Part shown: positions 56,839 through 64,000 of the stretch, one piece after another
Numbering within the stretch: the first letter of the stretch is position 1
Layout: each line of letters begins with the position of its first letter
Source: a virus
Lineage: Duplodnaviria > Caudoviricetes
IMG/VR virus record: IMGVR_UViG_3300021514_000002
Location: 192,001-256,000 of that record
Reading direction: 5' to 3' (one strand)
Length of the DNA stretch: 64,000 nucleotides
Made by a program: the position numbers and the translations under genes
Notes under the pieces: model-generated
What the model saw: only the letters and a program-made list of their open reading frames with translations
What the model was told of the DNA's origin: nothing
Database searches by the model: none

Positions 56839-57408
56839 TTATTTAACATCCATCCGCTCAAGGACTTCACGTTCTTTATCTAAATCTCGATTGATTGCGT
56901 TTTCGGAAGTAAAATTTTGTGGATATCTAGCTTTTAATTTTGCAATAACGGCTGCAAGAATTGAATCCCATTCAATATCTAGTTCATCAACACCAATTGC
57001 CTTATACCAGTCTATGTCACCAAATTCTTCAGCAATATTTACATTATCCATAGTTGAGCCTGTAACATCAAGAGCTTCTAATAACTCAGTTGATTCGGTG
57101 GCAATGCCAACAACAGAATGAAATATGCGTGGGTTAATATCCAATTTTGTTTTATCGTTAACAGTATTGTCCAACTCAAGGCTGTCAAGAGAAGCTACGG
57201 AATCTTTCAACCCCGTGATGAGAAGTTTCAATTTAAAAATATCATACGGTTTATCGTAAAATACATTCTTCTTTATTTGATCGAGAATATTACCGGCATC
57301 TATTAATGCATGAAGGGTGTTTAAAAGAAGTTCTATATTTGCATTAACAGAATCAATCCTGCTTTCTGTTTTGATCGCGTCTTCGACGAATTGGTCTAAT
57401 TGTGTCAT
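56839..57408 (-). CDS. MazG-like NTP pyrophosphohydrolase
   Basis: HSVVGIATESTELLE..NIAEEFGDIDWY..KLKARYP. Confidence 0.85.
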   Translation of the reverse strand: MTQLDQFVEDAIKTESRIDSVNANIELLLNTLHALIDAGNILDQIKKNVFYDKPYDIFKLKLLITGLKDSVASLDSLELDNTVNDKTKLDINPRIFHSVVGIATESTELLEALDVTGSTMDNVNIAEEFGDIDWYKAIGVDELDIEWDSILAAVIAKLKARYPQNFTSENAINRDLDKEREVLERMDVK

Positions 57409-57447
57409 TTTTTATCCTTTATTATTATTTTTTATATTTTTATATAG

Positions 57448-57519
57448 TGGCCTCAGATAGAATCGAACTATCATCTGTAAGTTAGGAACAAACTATGTTA
57501 TCCGTTACACTATGAGGCC
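57448..57519 (-). tRNA. tRNA-Arg(CCT), weak anticodon stem
   Basis: GGCCTCA/TGAGGCC acceptor; T arm GATAG-TTCGATT-CTATC; loop TTCCTAA; two U-U pairs in the anticodon stem; no encoded CCA. Confidence 0.7.
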
Positions 57520-57528
57520 AATAGGTAA

Positions 57529-57819
57529 TTACTTACGTTGTTTTTTGCGAGCTTGTTTTTGCGCTTTGCGTTTTGATTTGCGTTTCACATTAGAAACTTT
57601 TTTTCTAGTAAAATCGCTTTGAAAAATGCCCATTTCGGTACGCATCTTCGTTACCTGTCCTTGGCCAATATGGCCTCTATCAACAGCTTCGCTTAGTGCT
57701 TTAATGATTTCACTTTTTGATAGTTTAGGGGCAGTTGTGGATACTTCTTCATTTTCTTCGGCTTGTACATTGTCGTCAATTTCTTCAAAATCAGCATCAA
57801 CGATATTTTCTTCTTGCAT
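57529..57819 (-). CDS. Hypothetical protein
   Basis: Acidic N-terminus, basic C-terminus. Confidence 0.65.
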   Translation of the reverse strand: MQEENIVDADFEEIDDNVQAEENEEVSTTAPKLSKSEIIKALSEAVDRGHIGQGQVTKMRTEMGIFQSDFTRKKVSNVKRKSKRKAQKQARKKQRK

Positions 57820-57848
57820 CTGTATTATCCTTTTTTATTGTATTAATT

Positions 57849-57882
57849 ATAAATGTGCCTTATTAAAATAAGGCACATTTAT
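57849..57882. terminator. 16-bp perfect inverted repeat
   Basis: ATAAATGTGCCTTATT-aa-AATAAGGCACATTTAT. Confidence 0.7.
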
Positions 57883-57948
57883 CTACCTCGCCATCTACAG
57901 AACCGACAAGTTTGGTTAAACCATAAACCCTTACTCGCCGTTGTCCTT

Positions 57949-58533
57949 TTATCCATTAGAATCATGCAAACGGCTAACTTTTGGTACACGCTTCATTAAA
58001 AATTCCATTTGATCGGCAAGTACTTTACGGTTTTGTAATAACAACCATTCTGCGCGATTTGGAACATATGGAACATAAAGCAATTGCATATTAGTATCAG
58101 CGAGTAACTTATCGTCCTTCGCTTTATTACATCCTGCACATGCAGTTACAACATTCGTCCACTTATTAAGACCACCACGTGATACAGGGTGAATATGATC
58201 ACGAGTTAAACGTGCAGACGAAAACGTAGTTCCACAATACGCGCATAAATTCTGGTCACGACGAAACAATGTCTTGTTCGTTAACGGAACTCTGTTGTAG
58301 TGCTTCATTGCCTTTGGATTAGGATGACCTTTAATAGCAATAATGGTATTAATCGTCAATATGCTTTTGATTCCTGTTGCAGCACAAACACCACCATGGA
58401 GATCAAAATCCACTTCACCCATTGACCATGCAATATTACCTTTAGAGTAATGATAGGCAGAATCCTGGAATGTAATCCATTGTTGTGGGTTACCTGCAAC
58501 ATCAAGTTGTAATATGGTGGGGAATTCGTTCAT
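57949..58533 (-). CDS. HNH endonuclease
   Basis: LFRRDQNLCAYCG..TRDHIHPVSRGG..NVVTACAGCNKAK. Confidence 0.9.
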   Translation of the reverse strand: MNEFPTILQLDVAGNPQQWITFQDSAYHYSKGNIAWSMGEVDFDLHGGVCAATGIKSILTINTIIAIKGHPNPKAMKHYNRVPLTNKTLFRRDQNLCAYCGTTFSSARLTRDHIHPVSRGGLNKWTNVVTACAGCNKAKDDKLLADTNMQLLYVPYVPNRAEWLLLQNRKVLADQMEFLMKRVPKVSRLHDSNG

Positions 58534-59462
58534 TTCAATCTCCTATTAATATATTTTAGAATTTTATCTTTTGTATTTATGGTAAAGCATTCAGTATAAC
58601 CACCGAATTTTATATTGGGCGTATGTTTATCCATAACGAACATTTCTAGAATTGCATTTTCTATTGAAGCAGCGGTTGCCATTGGCAATTTTTCTTCAAA
58701 TAAGTTATTAATTTTATATCCTCTGTGGGTAGTACCAAAGCGCGTAATTACACCAGCACCTGTCGTTATTCCTATTTTTACGAATTTTTCATTTTCTTGA
58801 CTAAATTCGGCGAGATATATTATACCACTTTCATTCTTATTTGCAAGCCTTATTTCTCTACCAGCGTTATATGTTTTCGATCTGTTAAAATTTGCACATA
58901 TTGGGCATCCACTACCATTACGCATATGATTTTCTGGAGTTTGCCAAAAACTTCCATGTTTATCACAAACTATTTCAATTTTTTTCTTTGAATTTATATA
59001 CTTAATTTTATGATATTTATATAAATTATCATGACGAAGATTTGCTTCAATTATAAATTTTGATGCGATTTTAGTTCTATTTGATATATCGCATTTTGGA
59101 CAACCAACAACAGATTTTAAATGTACTTGTGGTATCTGCTCAAAAATCCCATGATTTTGACATATAATTTTTATCTGCGTATAACTATTTACGTATACAA
59201 CTTTACTATAATCATAAGTATCACCATGTTGTTCCTTTGCCCTGTCAACAAATACATTTGCACCAGATTGTGCTTCTCTGCTACATGTTGGACATCCACT
59301 ACCATGATAAATGTGATCATGTATGCGCGTCAAAAACCTCCCGTGCTTGTTACAAATCGCAATAATTTTATCTTTTACAATAACAGTATCTTCGTATATT
59401 TCATATTCGTATAAGTTATTATGAATTTCTTTTGCACGATTAATAAATTTTAACGTTAACAT
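58530..59462 (-). mobile_element. DUF723-repeat + GIY-YIG-like homing endonuclease (paralog of 12591)
   Basis: Three zinc repeats; IYLAEF..VKIGIT..GYTECF. Confidence 0.75.
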
Positions 59463-59514
59463 AAATCATCCCCATAATAAAGTATATATGGGGATTGTTA
59501 TTAAGTTATCCAAT

Positions 59515-60054
59515 TTATACCCTATCTTGTAATGCTGCGTGAATCTGCGTAAAATTACTAGGTTTAAACTCCCCATTGATGATTTTATCGGCAACCTGTT
59601 TACTTTTACCATAATTGGAATAAAGTGGTGCCACGGTTGGCAATTCAAGGGTTGCTAACATATTTACCATATCAGCAACCATATCGTCGGTAATGCTATC
59701 ACTTAATGGTGCAAAAAATTCGCGCAAGCGGTCAACTTCATAATCTGCTGCCTTCTTGCCAAAAAATTTATTACCTGCACCAATTTTTTTAGCAAGTGAT
59801 TGCATATATGTAAGATCAACCATGGCATAATATAACCCATGGTTAAGATATGTACCATTTTTTAGTTTGTTAATATTTGTTATCGGCGTAAAACCATTAT
59901 CAAATGGTTTGTTGCAAAGAAGATTGAATAATATATGATGGCTCGCATGTAGCCAAGCAACGGGTGGTCTCGCCTTGTTGTTATTGACGGCTGAAGCCCA
60001 TGATTTGCGGAAAGTAAAGTATTGTTCTTTAGTTTTAAAAATTGATGTAGTCAT
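59515..60054 (-). CDS. Hypothetical protein
   Basis: AGGAG SD. Confidence 0.7.
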   Translation of the reverse strand: MTTSIFKTKEQYFTFRKSWASAVNNNKARPPVAWLHASHHILFNLLCNKPFDNGFTPITNINKLKNGTYLNHGLYYAMVDLTYMQSLAKKIGAGNKFFGKKAADYEVDRLREFFAPLSDSITDDMVADMVNMLATLELPTVAPLYSNYGKSKQVADKIINGEFKPSNFTQIHAALQDRV

Positions 60055-60270
60055 TGTAATTCTCCTATTAAATGTGTTGTATTTGACTATTAAATTTGAT
60101 TTAAATAGAAATACACACGGAGGATCGTGACCACTATGATGGGGATATACCTATGTGTGACTTGTTGACCATTCTTTAGTCATGGGTTTTACCTTTCTAA
60201 TTGTACCAGTGTCAACTGGATCTGTTAATATTGATTGTATCATAATTGTATATATCATCTGCGCAAAAAC

Positions 60271-60344
60271 TGGTGCCCACGGTGGGATTCAAACCCACGT
60301 ACAAGGATTTAGAATCCCCTGCTATATCACTCAGCTACGCGAGC
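60271..60344 (-). tRNA. tRNA with CUA anticodon (amber suppressor-type)
   Basis: GCTCGCG TA GCTG AGTGATA TAGC A GGGGA TTCTAAA TCCTT GTAC GTGGG TTTGAAT CCCAC CGTGGGC A CCA. Confidence 0.85.
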
Positions 60345-60355
60345 ACTTCAAATTA

Positions 60356-60571
60356 TTAATATGGTTTTATCGTGCGTACGGTGCTTTGATGTTGTTTTTC
60401 GGTACGTTTTTTCGCTGCTGCTTTAGCGCGTTTACGTTTTGAACTCGGTTTTTCGTAAAATTCGTTTTTACGGAAATCTTTTAAAGTGTCTTCTTTATCA
60501 ACAGCCTTTTTAAAACGGCGTAATAATGAATCAAAATATTCGTTAGGATGTTTAAGTTTTACTTTTGGCAT
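60356..60571 (-). CDS. rpsU: Ribosomal protein bS21
   Basis: [33 protein letters not shown]; TATAAATA at 60609. Confidence 0.92.
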   Translation of the reverse strand: MPKVKLKHPNEYFDSLLRRFKKAVDKEDTLKDFRKNEFYEKPSSKRKRAKAAAKKRTEKQHQSTVRTIKPY

Positions 60572-60627
60572 ATTGAATTATTAGTCATTAAGTTAAATGT
60601 TGAACTTCTATTTATAATCAAAAAATT

Positions 60628-61515
60628 AAAGGTTGAGATTATACCTTCTTCATTTGTACCTTCGAGTCATTATCCCATCACCTGCGACAGTTAGGGTTCT
60701 ACTCTTATCCACACCCCCAAGGGGTGTCTACAAACATGACTGCATTTTTTAAAGGGATGCGATACCCTTACCATGATAAACTACTCAAAGTTTTATCTAC
60801 CGTCAATCCTATCGGACTGTTAAGGGTTCGACCCCAACGTGCGACTCTGCTTTAAAACCATAGACCTTGCGGGTTGTCTGGTCACTACATTCACCGAAGT
60901 GTGTAGTATTAAGCCATTTTAATTTATCACTGGAAGTGACTTTGCTTTTTTAAAAGATAGTCGGGATTGAACCGACAGTCTTCTGCTTTAGAGGCAGATG
61001 CCTTACCATTTGGCTATATCATTACCAACGACGATGTGCACTTCCAATAGCTTCATGTCTTTTTAGGACACAAAATACTACACACCGAATGTCTTTCTCC
61101 TACCGGATACTTGACTGTCTTTCAAGACTCATGGGTTTTTACACCCGCGAACCTAACAGGAACATCCGAAGATGTCACCTAAACTGAAACAACGCCCTTG
61201 ATTGTAGTCTCGGACTATTCATTTCTACCCTTTATTCCTTATGGTTCGTGTTTTTGCATGATTGGTGATAACTGCTACACTATTCTTAATTAGCTCGTGT
61301 TCCCTATGTATCCGAAGATAAACACAGGCACGTCAACTAACATTCTTTACCAATCTAACACTTCACCACTAGCACCGCTGCTCTTGTCAACGATGCCACC
61401 CTTTCAGGGGGAATGAGGCTTGCATTAGTTTACCATTTCTGGCGATGGTTAAGTTGGATTACCATCTTTCCCCCTGTTGCCAAGGTTTATATCCCAATGC
61501 GATAATTCTTAAAGT
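60628..61515 (-). ncRNA. Large structured RNA, GOLLD-like, with embedded tRNA-like element
   Basis: No ORF >=60 aa; tandem sigma70 promoters; many UUCG/GNRA-type hairpins; long-range 12-bp and 8-bp helices around a tRNA-like element; 3' hairpin AAGGT-ataatctca-ACCTT. Confidence 0.65.
60952..61023 (-). tRNA. Second CUA-anticodon tRNA-like element
   Basis: D arm GCC-AAATGGTAA-GGC; anticodon arm TCTGC-CTCTAAA-GCAGA; T arm GTCGG..CCGAC; AT-rich acceptor AATGATA/TATCTTT with one mismatch; no CCA. Confidence 0.7.
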
Positions 61516-61521
61516 TCGTGC

Positions 61522-61653
61522 ATTATATAGAAAAATCTACCAATGTCAAGAACTTTTTGAAACTTATAAAAAAATATTTTAAACCTGCGAACAACTTTAA
61601 AACATTCCCCTAATCAGTGGTTGGCATTATACACAGTTTTTCATGTTTGTCAA
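61522..61653 (-). promoter_or_regulatory. Tandem sigma70 promoters upstream of the large RNA
   Basis: TTGACA-16-TATAAT at 61522-61549 and again at 61626-61653. Confidence 0.8.
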
Positions 61654-61690
61654 TACCTTTTTAAAATATTTTTAAAATATTTTAAAAATT

Positions 61691-61882
61691 AAAAAGTCGT
61701 TGATGGTGTAACTAAGAACCACCAACAATATCTATCCTCCATCTTAGTATGGTGCTGCCTTTGGCGGCAACGTACCCCCTCATGATCTTCGGTTCTACGG
61801 GACGAATCCCTCCCCCTACATGTCACACAGGCGTCTAACACGTCACGAACAAGGAAGTGCGCATTCCCTATCGTCCAATCGC
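61691..61882 (-). ncRNA. Putative structured small RNA (~190 nt)
   Basis: Own promoter TTGACT-17-TATAAT (61889-61917); GC-rich hairpins; terminator stem 61699-61726 plus T tail; no credible ORF. Confidence 0.6.
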
Positions 61883-61920
61883 GCGCTGATTATATATCAA
61901 CGAAAATATGAAGTCAATAT

Positions 61921-63084
61921 TTAATTGTATTCGGTTGCGTTTTTTCTAAGAATATACTTTTCGCTTACGCTTTTTAGAAAAACCCGACCAATAGTAGTAT
62001 CACGTCGTTCAACCATAGGCTTAATTACAATACCTTCGCGCATATGCGAGCCAGAAATGGTATCATTCCCGTCAGTATGTTCAGCAACAACTGTTTTACT
62101 ATATTTGCCAATATAAAGAACAGGTACAGTTTCAAGTCCAAGAAATGAGGCAATGGCACGCATCTCTAATGGATCAAGATAACGTCCTTCGCTAGGATTA
62201 CCAATATAGATGTCAAATAAACGAAAACTTGGTGCAATCCCACCATATGTTAAGTCTTGTATCCCAGCACCAAAAATTTCACCAAACAAATAAACTGGTT
62301 CTTGTGTTCCCATTATATATTGTGCATCTTCAACAATAGTAGCACCATCTTTGGTTAATGAATGAAATGCGCGTACATATAAATTGTTGTCATTAGCTTC
62401 ATTAAATTTAAAGGCTAATCCCTTATTACTTAATCCTTTAGATGTTACAATTGGGGTATCGACTTCTGGATGTGTACCCATGCAACACCATGTACCATGA
62501 AGTTTTTCAGTAAACGAAACTTCTTCACCATCTTGGAATATATCTGGGAAGCGTTTTATATTTTCAATATCGTACTTTGGCGTATAACCAAATGCATTAA
62601 AAATTTCACCTGCCATGTGAATTGGAATAGGCGGTTCCCATTTTGTAATACCAAGAAATTCTGTTACGTCCGTACCTTCTGGTGCAAACTCCACATACGA
62701 TGCGTCATCCCTTTCAAGGTCAGGTTTACGTAGACCAAGCATCATACCTTTCGCATCATATCCAATTTTATCAACGTAAGTATGGAATGGATATTCGACC
62801 AAAGGGACGATTAAGCCTTGTGATAATATCCCGCGCAATTTAATCGCCTTAACGCGATTCTTATCTTTACCTGCAAGCTTACCTTCGAGGCCAAGTTCTG
62901 CGATTAACCAATCGGGCACAATAGCAGCTTCTGGAATATAGACACCAAGGTCACCAGTTTTAAACTGTCCCTTTCTTACAATTGAACGATAATCCCCTAC
63001 TCTTGCTAATTCAATAACATCAGCGTTAGGATGTTCTTCAATTTCTAAGCGATATACTTTTACTTCAAACGTTGCCATTTTCAT
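61921..63084 (-). CDS. RNA ligase, DRB0094/Rnl2-like with N-terminal OB-like domain
   Basis: IEEHPNAD.IELA..VRKGQF..GVYIPE, LRGILSQGL, motif I TEKLHGT, FGEIFG, FRLFDI, REGIVIK, KSVS. Confidence 0.9.
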   Translation of the reverse strand: MKMATFEVKVYRLEIEEHPNADVIELARVGDYRSIVRKGQFKTGDLGVYIPEAAIVPDWLIAELGLEGKLAGKDKNRVKAIKLRGILSQGLIVPLVEYPFHTYVDKIGYDAKGMMLGLRKPDLERDDASYVEFAPEGTDVTEFLGITKWEPPIPIHMAGEIFNAFGYTPKYDIENIKRFPDIFQDGEEVSFTEKLHGTWCCMGTHPEVDTPIVTSKGLSNKGLAFKFNEANDNNLYVRAFHSLTKDGATIVEDAQYIMGTQEPVYLFGEIFGAGIQDLTYGGIAPSFRLFDIYIGNPSEGRYLDPLEMRAIASFLGLETVPVLYIGKYSKTVVAEHTDGNDTISGSHMREGIVIKPMVERRDTTIGRVFLKSVSEKYILRKNATEYN

Positions 63085-63376
63085 CGGTTCCTATATTTAA
63101 TAAACAGTCATATTCTTGAGCGCGCTCTTCTTTAGTTTCAAAATACCATGCTCTACTACCCTGAGAAAAATAAAACACAATCGTATAAACGGTTGCTTCG
63201 GGTACTTGTGGATTCTCTTTGTGTCCCTTTCCGAGTGCTTCTACTAAAGATATATTCACGGGGATATTACTATAATCTTTATTAATAACAACGGGACGAA
63301 TTTCAGGATCTTCACCATAGGTGCGCACCGTGTACGTTCCCAATGTAAACTTTGTAGTTTTTGGTAATATAAACAT
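63065..63376 (-). CDS. Hypothetical protein
   Basis: TTGACA-17-TATAAT at 63384-63412. Confidence 0.65.
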   Translation of the reverse strand: MFILPKTTKFTLGTYTVRTYGEDPEIRPVVINKDYSNIPVNISLVEALGKGHKENPQVPEATVYTIVFYFSQGSRAWYFETKEERAQEYDCLLNIGTDENGNV

Positions 63377-63408
63377 ACAGGAAATTATATGTTATTTTTT
63401 AGTCAATG

Positions 63409-63624
63409 TCAACGTTTTTTATTTTTGCGTTTCTTCTGTAAGCGGAAATTATCCGAAACCATGCGGATTGCGCGCCCAATAGTAACAGGATTTATTCGTG
63501 GGTCTGAACCCGTTTCTTGTAGAACCATTTTATCAACATCTTCAATGGAAACGTAATTAGGTTGTACAGTTTCAAAGATGGTACATCCTTTGCGGGTGTC
63601 AGTATAAGTGTAATGTTTGGCCAT
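63409..63624 (-). CDS. Hypothetical protein
   Basis: AAGGA SD; sigma70-like promoter upstream. Confidence 0.6.
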   Translation of the reverse strand: MAKHYTYTDTRKGCTIFETVQPNYVSIEDVDKMVLQETGSDPRINPVTIGRAIRMVSDNFRLQKKRKNKKR

Positions 63625-63716
63625 AGTTATGTCCTTATCTGGTTGGTTTTACTTATAATAAATACTATAATATGACGGTATATATGTCAACTGATATACA
63701 ACAATAAGGCTCTAAT

Positions 63717-64000
63717 ATGTTTACACACATTGAAATTCCAGAACTACCTAAAATTATACAACATACACTACCGAATGGCAAGCGGCATTATATTACCCCC
63801 GACGGCAATAAATATCCTTCCGTAACGACAGTATTGGGGGCAAAACCTAAGCCATATCTTGATAATTGGCGACATATGCTTGGCGATAAAAAAGCCGACA
63901 GGGAAACAAAGCGGTGTACTGATCGTGGGACTGCGGTGCATGAATTGGTCGAAAAATACCTAAATAACAATGAAAATTTTACTAAAGGGTATAAACCTGA
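63717..64000 (+). CDS. PD-(D/E)xK / Cas4-like exonuclease, N-terminal part (runs off window)
   Basis: My translation: MFTHIEIP..RHYITPDGNKYPSVTTVLG..W..G..RGTAVHELVEKYL, the typical N-terminus of this phage exonuclease family. Confidence 0.75.
   Translation, partial: MFTHIEIPELPKIIQHTLPNGKRHYITPDGNKYPSVTTVLGAKPKPYLDNWRHMLGDKKADRETKRCTDRGTAVHELVEKYLNNNENFTKGYKP

Noticed and set aside
60271-60344. Pyrrolysine tRNA interpretation
   Set aside because: Has a 5-bp anticodon stem, two nucleotides between acceptor and D stems, and A73, unlike tRNA-Pyl; no pyl genes in the window.
154-62733. Many short plus-strand ORFs overlapping minus-strand genes (e.g. 154, 796, 19031, 26745, 43047, 51095)
   Set aside because: Antisense to well-supported genes, with no SD or recognisable motifs.
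63788-63970. Minus-strand 60-aa ORF in the track
   Set aside because: It is the antisense shadow of the plus-strand exonuclease-like gene starting at 63717.
1-64000. Genome-wide TAG recoding (code 15)
   Set aside because: Long conserved genes are complete under code 11, and phoH and folA end in TAG at their expected C-termini.

Overview
A 64-kb, AT-rich, densely coding segment, almost all on the minus strand, of a large T4-related (probably jumbo) myophage. The IscA, IscU and bS21 sequences point to a proteobacterial host (inference). Core phage genes: rIIA/rIIB, clamp loader subunits, primase, UvsW, UvsY, GroES-like chaperonin, DHFR, ThyA, PhoH, two MazG-like enzymes, two short DnaE-like pieces about 19 kb apart, and several free-standing homing endonucleases. 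Both sigma70-type and T4-late-type (TATAAATA) promoters are present. Top candidate for a new system (16154-29551): four tandem radical SAM genes sit inside a virion-structural gene block, two small ORFs downstream of a fibre-like protein ending in CGCTCTCTCTCTCNCAHSKC. This suggests RiPP-like modification of a virion protein. The four flanking structural proteins also carry 20 copies of a Gly-Ser-Pro motif, and the phage has its own IscU/rhodanese/IscA and ferritin-like genes. Other highlights: a protein built from sheath, capsid and portal fragments; a circularly permuted two-piece tmRNA (tag (A)ANDAFFEETRLAA); two CUA-anticodon tRNAs, one embedded in a ~890-nt structured GOLLD-like RNA; a ~190-nt structured sRNA; a PrkA-YeaH-SpoVR operon; and an Acb1-like 2H phosphoesterase. 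All family assignments come from motif recognition by eye; no database searches were run.
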